This document shows positions 50,735 through 62,132 of a DNA stretch of 64,000 bases, one piece after another. The stretch's first letter is position 1. Every line of letters starts with the position of its first letter. Source of the stretch: Lama guanicoe (taxonomy: Eukaryota); the NCBI GenBank assembly GCA_013239625.1, contig MU054323.1, positions 8,421,220 through 8,485,219 of the forward strand, in the 5' to 3' direction. The notes beneath the pieces were generated by a model that made no database searches, was not told the origin of the DNA, and saw only the letters and a list, made by a program, of their open reading frames with translations. The translations under genes and the position numbers were made by a program.

Positions 50735-50895
50735 TAGCAAGGCAGTTAATCATAGAGGCTCTGAATCAGGAAGACCTGGGTTCATATTCAGGCTCTATCA
50801 CTTATACTCTGTGTAACATTAGACAGGTTACCTAACTTCCCTCAGTTTCCTCATCCATAAAATGGGATGGAGTTGCGTGAAGGATTAAATTAGAT
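50735..50895 (+). mobile_element. MIR SINE just upstream of the last exon
   Basis: gacctgggttcatattcaggctct...cctcagtttcctcatccataaaatggg core. Confidence 0.8.
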
Positions 50896-50970
50896 CCTCT
50901 ACGCGGAGGACCATGGTTTTATTACCCAGTCTATAGCCGTCGAGCTCACCCTCTGCCTCCTTCCCTGCAG

Positions 50971-51056
50971 GTTCTCAGATCGATGACCATGTTCCAAAGC
51001 GAGCCTCAGCTCGGATCCTCGCTCCCCCCGGAGGCAGGTCGAGCGGCATTTGGTAA
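50971..51056 (+). CDS. DPYSL5: DPYSL5 last coding exon (aa 537-564, stop)
   Basis: ttccctgcag|GTTCT; SQIDDHVPKRASARILAPPGGRSSGIW*, TAA at 51054-51056. Confidence 0.97.
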
Positions 51057-53439
51057 AGTCACCGACCAGCCCCCCAAGTGAAGAGGCATCGCTGCCACCA
51101 GCCCGCACACCCTCCAGCCACAGCTGCAGGGGGCGGGAGAGTCTGGGCTGGGCAGCACACCACCTGAGGGGGCCACGGGACCCGGGGAGCCCTCCCCATG
51201 TCTGACACGTGATTCACTGTGCTTCGAGCCAACCCTAACAGGCACTTTGAGTTGTGTTCCTCCTGCTGCAGTCCTTTCCTGCCTTGGCCTTGGTGGGCTT
51301 TTCTGGGGCCCAGGAAGCCCATACTATGCACAGAGCCCAATGCATAGAGCCTGGCCCAGCCCCTCCTCTCACACCCGTCTCCACATACTGGCCTTGGGAA
51401 AGCCTCGACTTTAGTGCCCTGCCCCTGGCTGACTGCCAGTTGTCCAGAGCACTTTAGCAAATATGTTTTAAAAGCAAAGGACTCCCTCTCCCATCCCCTT
51501 CGGCCCGGTGGTCACTTTTCCCAAGTCAGACAGGTGTTAGCATCCCAGCCATGCCCAGAACGCCCCGTTTTTCCCAGCTCACCTCTGGCCCTTGTGTGGG
51601 TGTGGCTGGGACACTCTGCGCCCTTTGCTGGCTGCTTCCTCCCTGCCCCCCGGGAGTCCCAGGCCCAGAAGGGCTAGCTGGGTGGGCATGAGGCTGGTGC
51701 CAGGCGCGTGTACATGATTTCGTTTTGCACGTTTGGTTTGCGCAGTGGTTTGGTTTGACTTGTTTGTGCATCCTGTGAAAAATGATGGTGCTTCGTGTCA
51801 CTAGCATAGCATAGAAACAGGAGTAGATGTGGACCTTAGGAGATGCTGCATCGACACCAACCAGACAGCCTAGGGCACAGATGAAGGGGGCAAGAGGGGG
51901 ACACTGGACTCAGGGGCCCTTCTCCCAACCTGGAGTCTTCCAGTCCCCTCCTCTCCCCTCCTGGTCTAGTTTCATGCATCTGAGAGGGTGCCCAGGATGC
52001 TGGCCCTGGAAAGCTTCAGGAGCGGGGTGGCTCTTCCCATCTCACTCCCAGAACTAACCCAGCTGCCTGTAAGCTTCCCCCTGCTGGACAGAGGCCCAGC
52101 TGCTCCTCCTGTGTGATTGGCTAGAGGCCTCATGCCTGCTAAGAGAGGGGGAGCGATTAGGAGCAATGGGCTAGCTAGACGCTCGGTAGGAGCCCAGACC
52201 AGTGAGACCTGGCTGTAGAGCCCAAAAGACCCCCTTGCTGCATAGGAGCTGGGGTCTCCTGTGGTTAGCACCTGGCCCTTCCCTGCCTGTGGGCTGCATG
52301 TCCTCCCACGTCCAGTTGGGCACCCCTGCCTCAAAGCTCCAGGAGGTTTCCGTGGAAACACCAGAGGGGATGTCATGTTGCGTGTTTGGTTCAAGAACCG
52401 GGCTTACACATGGCTCCTGGACTCTTGGGCCGGTAGTTGTACCCTGCACATTTCTGCTGTGCTTTTCAGGTTTTCAAAGCCTTTCCATATATGAGCTCTC
52501 AGTTGCTCCTCATGACAACATAGCACGTATTATTCTCCCCATTTCACAGATGTGGCCCGGAAAGCTTAGGCCTTCTGACTCCAGAAATGTCCAGGACTGC
52601 CCTTAAGAGCTTGGGCGTCTACCCCAGCTGTGGAAAGGAGGCATGAAGTGATGTCTCCTGTAGATCCCACCTGAGCATTTGACCAACTAGAAGACTTACT
52701 CCCCCCACAGCAGGCATTCTGCTTCATTTTGCACAAGTAGATTTTTCTTGTAAACAAACTAATGCATATTCACTGTTTGAGCCAGAACTAGTTAAATGTT
52801 GGAGGCTTGCCATGTGTTTGAGCTGCCTCCACATCTTCACTTCTCCTTTCATGCTCCTCTTCCTCAGTTAGAGGCCAAGAGGACACAGACGGTCACCCAG
52901 GGAGCAGAGGCAGCAAAGGCACTCGTGGAGGGTGGTGGCCATGGGGACAGTCGATAGGGATCTGAGCCCGGGAAATGTGATGCTGACCCCTTGGTACAAT
53001 GCACATCATCTTTCTCCCTTTCAGCCCTTGCTGGGTCATGGGCCTTGGGCAGATGCCAAAGAGCTGAGCAGTGGTAGTGGCCAGCGGGCACTGCATCCCT
53101 GCTTGGGCTAGGAAAGCTTTACTTTCTCTGAGTGCCTCTGCTGGAGAGATGCATGGTCCGTGGCTCTGGGAAACCACATCTTGATGTGGTCCATCGAAGG
53201 CCTTCCACTTCATTCACCCCCGATCCTTACACAGACCCCTACCCTTGTCCAGGAGCTTCTAGATGAAAAGCAGAAGGAGGTTCAAGGAACCAAATGAACG
53301 GTCAGCCCCCACCACCCATTCCCTGCCCCTGTGCAGAGCACCAGCCAGCACCATCGCCAGCCCCATAAGCTCCTGGTTGGAATGAGAAGGGTCTCTGGTT
53401 GCACTGAATGCAGCTCTCAAACTGGTCTTGTACTTGCTG

Positions 53440-53445
53440 AATAAA
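53440..53445 (+). terminator. Proximal polyadenylation signal AATAAA
   Basis: AATAAA with upstream TGTA (53429) and downstream TGTTGTTCTT / GGTTTGTGGGG GU-rich tract. Confidence 0.6.
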
Positions 53446-53511
53446 TACTGTTGTTCTTGCCTTAGCTGCTCTCTAGGTTTGTGGGGTTAAGTTTCCAGAA
53501 AATTGTGCTAC

Positions 53512-53541
53512 CGTGTGTGCGTGTGTGTGTGCGTGTGTGTA
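53512..53541 (+). repeat. Interrupted (GT)n microsatellite in the 3' UTR
   Basis: cgtgtgtgcgtgtgtgtgtgcgtgtgtgta. Confidence 0.9.
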
Positions 53542-53841
53542 GTGCTAGGAGTCCACAGTAGGTCTCAGTCCAGCCAATGCCACGATCAGGGCTTTTCCAA
53601 TACTGACCCAGAAACCACAGAACCACGCGGAAACCCAAACCCCCTCCAGCGGCCCAGGTGGCAGGCACAGCCTGGAGTCGGGATGGAGCCTCCAGCACCC
53701 AAGTGACTTCCTCACTCCTCTGTAAATGTCATGGTGCTAAGATTGTGTCAGCCCCCAGAAGACACATGGTCCTGTGCTTTGGCCACCCGATTGAGGCAAA
53801 AACAAAACAGCCCGACTCGTTGTGTTCTGGTGCAGGTTTGT

Positions 53842-53847
53842 ATTAAA
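53842..53847 (+). terminator. Distal polyadenylation signal ATTAAA
   Basis: TTTGT-ATTAAA, a CA ~15 nt downstream, then U-rich GTTGTATTTATT. Confidence 0.6.
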
Positions 53848-54949
53848 CTGTAGCTACTTCTCACTCGGTCTCAGTTGTATTTATTCAGGGAAAGAGTTCG
53901 GTAGGGGACCTCTTCTCCAGTGGCTGGAGTTGCTAAAAAGACTCAGCTTTGGTTTTTCACTCATGTTGGGTGGCAGGGGGCAGCTCCCTGGGAGGCCTGA
54001 GCAGAGTTTGCAGATTAATAGTTGAGAGATGGGAGCCTCAGGGGCCTAACAGCCTCCTCTCTCCTAGTGGGGAAAAAACAAGGTTTTTGATGCCAGAGTT
54101 CCCAAGACAAGGTTGCTTGTTATCTGAAACAGGAGTAGATACAAAAGGAGGGGAAACTAGGCTTTCCCCAGCTACCCTTTGTCACCTACTCTCTTGGCTA
54201 CCATTTTGGAAACCCATAGCTCCCTCTTCGCACTGGATCCCTTGGCTGATGGAAATATGGTCTCACAAAAAAGCATATGACAAAGGACTGTCCCGAGGTC
54301 AACGTGTCTTTGCAGGACATTCAGTCCTTCTCTGGCTCCCCAGAACCCCACCCTTTGGATTGGACCACTGTGCCTTCAGACCCTTCCACCGGCATCAGAA
54401 CTAATCGGCCTTCTTGCTGGAGCTCAGCCACAGGTGGGCAGGTTACATGATCAAACACTTTCACACTAAAGAGTGAGGAAAACTGTTGCTTCCAGTACTG
54501 TGGGGTCATTTGTACTTTTTTCTTAGCCCTCAAAAACAAAATCTTCGTGAGGGAATTTTAGGTAGAGTGGGGAAAATTTCCCAGCTCTCAATAAATAAGC
54601 AACCATTCTACCAGTAAGTCAGGCCATGACCAAAAGAAATACCCAGCACCCTGCATTTAGGGCACAGCGCTTGCTATAATGAAATGAGCCAATTATATAA
54701 ATGTGTATAAACTCTCCTGGGGTCTCTGAGCCAGGGGAAACTCCATTACCTGGCTGGTGAAGGAGGCTGAGTCCCTGGGATGGTACTAGGCTGAAGTTTC
54801 TGTGTTACCCTCTTTCCCCATAACCTGGGAGCACACCAGAATTTGGTTAACTGCCAAAAATCCCTTGTAAGTGTTTGAAAAATGGCATGGCTGCACATTT
54901 GACAGGCCACATGCATATCATCAGGTGATTTATGAAGGAAAAAAATAAA

Positions 54950-55350
54950 AGATACCCAGGAAGACACTGGTTGCCTTTGTACACATGTAGTTGTGGAAAA
55001 ACAAAAGACCACAGACTCAGACTTCAAAGGAAGGCTTAATCGTTGATAATCTGCGTTTGGGAAAAGCTGAACCAGCCAGTACCTAGGTAACAATCACCCT
55101 CAATTTCTTCACCAATTACAGGCTGACTTTAAGATACAGGTACAACCTAATACTAAGAATTGCCTTGCCGTTGGTGGAGGAGGAAGTGTCTCATGACACC
55201 CACGGTATGAAGAAGAAACCTCATGATATACTGGGAGGTAGACATTATGGTCCTAAGTTAATAAAAGGCTATTTGACAGTGTTGCTGATTACACATCTGA
55301 AAGGACTCAGTACTTTTCTGGTAAAACATTACAGGATCTAACATTTTGTT
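54950..55350 (-). repeat. Diverged direct repeat copy A (putative 3' LTR of an ancient LTR element)
   Basis: Seven collinear exact blocks shared with 57.9-58.35 kb at offsets 2955-2997. Confidence 0.65.
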
Positions 55351-55434
55351 GCTACTTGGTACCATCTTATGATGATGGAAGCTGAGTTATTCGCCTTTTC
55401 CCCACATGTATCTATAAACCACATGTGTATAGCT

Positions 55435-55558
55435 ACAAGGATCTTGTCCGGATTTGCCTAGGCAATCTTGGTTTACGTCTATTGCCCCAGAATAACTATT
55501 AACAGTGCTCCCTTTCACTTTCAAATGTGTCCTGCTTTGGACAATATATGATCACCTA
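55435..55558. mobile_element. MER94-like hAT MITE
   Basis: tattaacagtgctccctttcactttcaaatgtgtcctgctttggacaatatatgatcacc resembles MER94. Confidence 0.65.
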
Positions 55559-57271
55559 TGTATGCCTATATATTCATTAAACTATTGATATACCTGTCAG
55601 GAGTCAAAAGTTTTTCCATCATTGCAAGATGAGGGGCAGGGCATGGTGGGTGGGGGAATGGGCCTTCTTCATGGGTGAGGAAAGGAGTTTTCTGTGACGA
55701 TCCCTGAGTCTCCACACAGCCTTTGGAGGCCTTACCAGGTCTCAGTGGCTGTGGACGCAGCAGAGTGGTGAAGGCCTAGGACACCTTTCTAAGCTTTTCA
55801 ATTTAGCTTATAGATCTTATTATTCCATTAAAAGTTGGAAGCCTAAAAATCTTGATCATTGTTAAATCAAGGTGATGAATACAGGGTGGTCCATTGTGTT
55901 TTCTCTTTTTGACTATTTTGGAAATTTTTCATAATTAAGAATTAAAATCTGGAATTTTGAAAACCTGAAAAAAAAAGTTGTAAGCCTACCAAATTTTATC
56001 ATTTACTTTTAAGGAGACTTTGTTTGTAAACTTAATTAACACCTCTTACAACAGTTTAAACTACCTTTAAAATTCTGTTTCCTTTTTGAGTAACTTCTCT
56101 AAGTATTAAATAATTATTACCAATCTAATAAACTTATAAATATAGTGAGCTTAGAGGTTTATTGGCTGTTTTGCTGCTAAACATAAAGTTAGTAAGACTT
56201 TAGTTTAAATTCATGCCTTACGTTTTATGTTTTAAATTTGTACTGAAGTACTCACTCTAATAGGCCAAAATTTTCCTTTCTAAGTACATAAACTACCAAA
56301 TATGTGCAGATCCTCTCAATATAAAAATGTTAATACTATGAGTTTGCTCCTGTAAATTAAAGAGCAACTCACAGTGAAACACATTTGCTTATAGTGACGC
56401 CTATTGAAATTTCACTGTCTCCTCGCTGCCTCATGCTTTCATAGAATTGTTGGTTTTAAACTATCCTCTGAAGTGTTGCCATCTAGGCTTACCTCGACGG
56501 GAGTTGTTCCCTTTTGGTCAGTTCCAAAGATGCCAAGTTTTAAGACACTGGGGCAGTTCTTTTCAGTAGAGTAGACCCCTCCTGGGGTTAGTCTTTGACC
56601 ACTTTACTGCTGGGGGAGCAGAAGCACTGGGGAACAATGTCTTCAGGGGAGGACAGTGGCATTTTGAGCCCCAAAGGAAAGGAGACTTTGGTGGCAGGGC
56701 CTTGAGGGCCTGTTCCTGTCTCACAGGTGTCCAACAGGATTCCAGGTGTCCACAGAAGGCAGGACTTGGAGGCTCCACCAAGGGTATTCTATGACAAGAC
56801 ACCACGCGTGGGGGCTGCTGAGGTTCATTCAGATGCTCAGCTGTCCCATGTCCAGGCTTCTATAGGAAATTCTCCCCAGTGTGGTCTGGTGGACAGTCAG
56901 AGCCTGTATTATTTTCTACATTATGAGGGTCTGAGCTTGTGCTTTGGAATCTTTTATAGTTTTTATTTGATGCCCATAAATGTGGTTTTGTCATTTCTCC
57001 TGAGTATCTATATGGGAAGCTATGAAAGGATTTTGCCTTTCTTCTGTAACTCTCACTTTCCCACAGCTCTCATGCCTTCATCTGGCATCGTGCTTACAGG
57101 AATAATCAGGGTGAAATTGTAATTTGGACATCTCCGCTATCCCAGTTTCACTTTTTTTTTTATTAATGAATTCAGTATATTCAGGTTCATAATGATTTAA
57201 CATGATCTAAGTAGGGGTGGGGCTCCTTTCCAAACCCTTGAGCTGAAATAATTCATTAAGTCAGTCAAGCC

Positions 57272-57486
57272 CAGTGGTTTTCAACCAGGGGCAATTTCGT
57301 CCCCTAGTTGACATTTGGCAATGTCTTGACACATTTTTATTGTCAAAACTGGGAGGCTGGGTGCTACTAGAATCTAGTGAGTAGAGGTCAGAGATGCTGC
57401 TAAGCATCCTACATGCACAGGACAGCACCCTCAGTAAAGAACTGCCTGACCCAAAATGTGAGTAGCATCCAGCTTGAGAAACCCTG
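57272..57486 (+). mobile_element. MER20-like hAT MITE, full length
   Basis: TIRs CAGTGGTTTTCAA / TTGAGAAACCCTG; internal gacatttggcaatgtct. Confidence 0.88.
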
Positions 57487-57602
57487 GTCTAGTGTAAGGG
57501 CGAAAACAGGACATTCAATCATTTTAAGAAATCATTTGGGAAAAATATAAAAGGTGGCGAGAGGTAGCTGAGTTTACTGATGCCTACGTTGTAGGTCAAT
57601 GG

Positions 57603-57738
57603 TTTTTGGTTTTTTGTGTCTGGGAAGGGGGAGGTAATTACACATATTTATTTTTTTTTAGAGGAGGTACTGGGGATTGAACCCAGAACCTTGATGCATG
57701 CTAAGCATGTGCCCTGCCACTTGAGCTATACCCTCCTC
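57603..57738 (-). mobile_element. tRNA-derived SINE, long type
   Basis: tRNA-like head plus GGGGGAGGTAATTA segment; degenerate TSD gtcaa..g.ttttt. Confidence 0.85.
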
Positions 57739-57898
57739 ACCATGTCAAAGCTTTTTGAACTAAAAACTCCCACTGGCTGAGCGGAACCACAGTATCCCCA
57801 GGCAGCAGAGGAAGGTAAGGAAGCTGCTGGGAAGGTAAGACATCAACGGATCTTACTATGTATATGCAGGGCCTCATCTGGCAACCCTCTGCCACCAT

Positions 57899-58350
57899 TA
57901 TCAGGGTCCATGTGGCGCCAGATTCTGCCATGACTACCTTAAAGTGTTGCAAGAAATAAAAGACCACAGTTGCAGGGTTTAAAATTAGCTTTGGTCATTT
58001 ACTGAGCCTTGCATGCAGGGAAGAAGGAGGTTGAATCCTCACCAAGTGACAGCTCCATGACTGTCACATCTCAATTCTTTAACAATTGAAGCATAGGCTT
58101 TCTTTTATCCATGCATGTAAACTAAGACCCTCTCCCAGAATTGCTGTTTGGCCAGTAGAGATGGGGGGCTTCTTACAACCCAGGAAGGGGAAGAAAGAAG
58201 ACCTCATGTTTCTCAGTTGGGAAAGGGAGGGTGAACATTATGGTTGTAAGGAAAATTCAAAAAGGCTATTTGAAGAAGTGACAAACTATACATCTGTAAA
58301 AAGGGAACAGGGTTTGCCCAGTAAAGTATTAGGGATGTATCTTTTTTTCT
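57899..58350 (-). repeat. Diverged direct repeat copy B (putative 5' LTR), truncated by L1 at ~58.4 kb
   Basis: Homologous to copy A; minus-strand AGTAAA hexamer and U-rich tract near its end, followed by a PBS-like sequence. Confidence 0.65.
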
Positions 58351-58404
58351 CAATTCAAATGCTTTGAGTGTAACAAGTATACAATGAAGTGCATATGGCG
58401 GTTT

Positions 58405-60235
58405 CCCGTTGTGCATATAAGGGGCTTAGTTGCTACTCCATCTTAACAAGTAAAAAGCTGAATGGACTGAAAAATCAGCAATGATTCTTGGATCTGTAAG
58501 AGAGGGAAGGACACAGGACAAATGGCCGCCCCCAACACTGGCAGGAGAGAGAGAGGCGAATAAAGTGGTAAGGATCATACTCCCTGATTTCAAAAGCTAT
58601 TGTGAAACAGCAATAATCAAGACAGCACTACGTAGTGCTGGCATAAGGATAGACATAAGATCAATTAAATAGAACTGAGAGCCCATTAAAAAAAGACAAC
58701 CCAAGTGTTTATGGGCAACTGATTTTTGACCAAGATGCCAAGATGATTTAATGGGGAAAACAGTGTTTTCAGCAAATGGTGCCTGGACAACTGAATATCC
58801 ACATGCAAAAGAATGAAACTGGAATTTTATCTTACGTCATATATAAAAATTAACTCAAAATGGATCAAAGACTTAAATGTAAGAGCTAAAGCTGTAAACC
58901 TCTTATAAATCTTCATGACCTTGGATTTGGCAATGAATTCATAGATATGACACAAAAAGCATAAGCAGCAGAAGGAAAAATAGATAAATTTGAGTTCATC
59001 AAAATTAAAAATAACTGTGCTTTGAAGGATACTCTCAAGAAAGTAAAATGACAACCCACAGAATGGGAGAAAATATTTGCTAAACATATATCTAACAAGG
59101 AATTTGTGTCTGAAATTTATAAATATATAAATATGACTCAGAAATAAAAAGACAAATAACTCAATTTAAAAATGGGCAAAAGATCTAAATAGACACTTCT
59201 TTGAAGAAGATGTACAAATGGCCAATAAACACATAAGAAGTTCAACATGATTAGTCATTAGGAAGATGCTAATCAAATTTCACTTCACACCTACTAGGAT
59301 GGCCACAATCAAAAAGTCAGGTATAACAAGTGCTTGCAGAGACCTGGGGAATTGGAACCCTCATACACTGATGGTGGGAATGTAAAATGGTACAGCCACT
59401 TTGGAAAACAGTCTGTCAGTTTCTCAAAAAGTTAGAGTTACTATATAAGCCAGAAATTCCACTCCTAGGTATATACCTAAAAGAAATAAAAACATATGTC
59501 TATATAAAAACTTGTATGTGAATGCTTGTAGCGGCAGGATTCATAATAGCCAAAGGTGAAAACAATCCAAATATGATGTTTGGATAAACAAAATGTAGTA
59601 TATTCATACAATAGAATAGCAACTATAGATAGGAATGAAATATTGACACATGCTACAACATGGATAAGGACTGTGAAATGTCTTATAATGAACTAAGAAA
59701 GTGCACAAAAATGTGTGTATATATCCAGAAGAATTGAAAGAAAGATCTTGAAGAAATATTTGCACACACGTATTCACTGCAGCCTTATTCACAATAGCCA
59801 AAGGATGGGCGCAACTCAAATATCCATTAACAGATGAATGGATAAACAAAATGGGGTATATGCACACAATGGAATACCATGCAGCTTTAAAAATGAAGGA
59901 ACTCCCCTCACATGCTACAACCTGGATGAAGCTTGAGGACATCATGCTAAGTGAAATAAGCCAGTCACAAAAGGACAAATACTGTATGATTCCATTTATA
60001 TGAGATACCTGATGTAGTCAAACTCATAGAAGTAGGAAGTAGAATGGTAGGTACCAGGGGTGGGGGAGTAGGGGAGCTGTTGAATGGAAATAGAGTTTCC
60101 ATCCAGCAACATGAAAAAGTTCTAAAGATCTGTTTCACAACAATGTATACATACTTAATACCACTGAACTGTACACTTAAAAATAGTTAAGACGGTAAAT
60201 TTTACGATATATGTCTTTTACCACAATAAAAAAAG
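58405..60235 (+). mobile_element. L1 composite (5' piece, ORF2 C-terminal region, two 3' ends)
   Basis: ILPDFKSYCETAIIKTA peptide, gaatgggagaaaatatttgc motif, 3' end ...ttaccacaataaaaaa at 60.23 kb. Confidence 0.88.
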
Positions 60236-60239
60236 AATT

Positions 60240-61900
60240 ATAAAAATTGACCATTTACTAGACTACAAAGCAAGATTCGAAAAATTTCAAAGCATCACTA
60301 TTGCACAGACCTCATTCTCTGCCCACATTGCAATTAACTTAGAAATAAAGCACAAATCAGTAAACCCATATGTTTGGAAACTGTTTTAAGCTGTTGAACA
60401 ATTTATCCATTAAAAGGAAAAAACACAAGGTTAAGTTGTGATGTGTTTATACAAATATAAATGTTTAATACAAAATAAAAGTTGTGGCGTTTTTAGCTAA
60501 AGTGGCATTTAGGGTTAAACTTATGACCTTACCCTGCTTTTAAAACAAAACAAGATAAAGTCAATGAGTAAATAAATGGTTAAATATGGCAGATTAACAA
60601 GCCTATTTCTCTCTATTCCCTCTCAAATCCTCACTAACATGGCATTTAAAAAGAGGTGTTAAGTCACAAAGGAAAATGAGACGGGAAATAACATGACAGC
60701 ATATAAAGGATATCAACAAAAATTGGGGCAGCAAGGGCAGCAGGCAGTAGTCATATGATATCCCAGAACCCAGAAGAAAATCCAGATTAGAGGCCCTAGG
60801 GATCTCCAAAAGCCACGGACTGGAAGCAGGAAGATTGGCTAAAATTCTCTATGAGGAGCTGTTAGACCCACAGATCCTCCCACTCCTACAAGCAACTGTC
60901 CCACTCCCTTCCACTGCCAAGGGGAGAGGATAAACTCAGGAGGAGTTAGTGTAGGACAGTCCTGAACAGTGAGATCAGCCTACCCCAGCCTCCTTTCCAT
61001 GTCATCTACTATAACTAGTACAGCAGATTATATACCCGCAGACAAGAAATCTAAGAATTCCTCTGGGCCAGCTGATTGGCCAAGGAGAAAATATCCACAT
61101 TCTGATATTTAGGGGGGTCCTGCAATAATTTGGTCAGTTCGTATCCTCTTCCCAGGGCAAGACACCCCAGCCAACATGCCCCACCAATGAGTTCAGATCT
61201 TCCAGAAATCTTGTTTATGCCTTACTCTTGAAGATGAGAAAACCTCCAAAAGAAAGACGGTCCCAAACAAACATAAGAACAAATTATCTCAGAGGAAACT
61301 GAGATGATTCAAGGAGTCAACGAAAACTTACAAGATAAAGAACTCTCCCAAAGAGTATAAACTTATTTTAAAAATCAGAAAAAAAATCAGAGTGAAAGAC
61401 AAGAATATTAGATGATCAATCTAAATGCAGTTTCAGAGGTAGGAGCACAGAAAAATCAAGGAAAAGGGATTTGTTTTAAAAAATAATCAAGAAAAATTCC
61501 AAATTGTCTGAAAGACATGAGTTTCCAGACTGAAGGGACATCATCATGACATTTCTAAATAATGGAAATAATACTTGAAGAACTAGCAAGAAAAAGGCAC
61601 TAGCTACGTACAAAGAATTGGAAATTGAATACCACCTGATTTGTCAACAAAATACCAGAAGATGGAAAACTATGGAGTATGTTTTCTAAATGTTGAGGGA
61701 GATTAATTTCCAACCTAGAATTATATACTCAACCAATCTGTCCCAAACAAGGATCAATGAAAAGTCATTTATCAGACATGCAAGATTTAAAAGTTTGACC
61801 TTCCTTGTACCCTTTCTTGGGAATCCATTTGAGGGTGTGTCCCAACATATTAAGCTATAATAAAAAATAGAAAGACATGGGGTAAAGGAGATGGGAGATT
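60240..61900 (+). mobile_element. Highly degraded old L1 fragments
   Basis: A-rich sequence with ttccaacctagaattatatactcaacc (ORF1-region-like) and ctcattctctgcccacattgcaattaa (endonuclease-region-like) motifs. Confidence 0.5.
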
Positions 61901-62132
61901 CAGCACAGGTAAGAGGATAAGGAATGGTGGTAGAGGGAATCCCCTGGAGGGCAGCAGTGCAGCAGCCTAGAGGGCAATTGGTCCAGAAGGGAGCAATCCT
62001 GAGAAAATCCTGACCAGGAGGCTAGAAAAGCTCTTTGGTCCAGTATTTACTCTTTTGTTTCAATGTGCTATAAATACTTAGCTGAAAGAGGTCTGATTGT
62101 TTCAGAACAACCAAAAAGTAATGCCCTACTCA

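Larger units (their letters stand above)
7855..53870 (+). other. DPYSL5: DPYSL5/CRMP5 gene body (first coding exon to the inferred distal poly(A) site); non-coding exon 1 not recognised in window
   Basis: 12 exons splice to an uninterrupted 564-aa ORF (MLANSASVRILIKGG...LAPPGGRSSGIW) that matches my recollection of human CRMP5 almost residue for residue. Exon lengths 261+159+180+69+45+76+157+142+143+208+169+86=1695 nt. Confidence 0.98.
51057..53870 (+). other. DPYSL5: DPYSL5 3' UTR (end approximate)
   Basis: Mostly unique sequence after the stop codon, ending at poly(A) hexamers with U/GU-rich downstream elements. Confidence 0.7.

Noticed and set aside
54750..58293. Exon-like minus-strand segments with AG/GT boundaries (54750-54824, ~55220-55296, ~57857-57937, ~58203-58293) as a hidden antisense gene
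   Set aside because: The paired segments have stops in all frames, no coherent spliced ORF could be built, and the LTR-pair model explains their similarity more simply. A spliced lncRNA cannot be excluded without RNA data.
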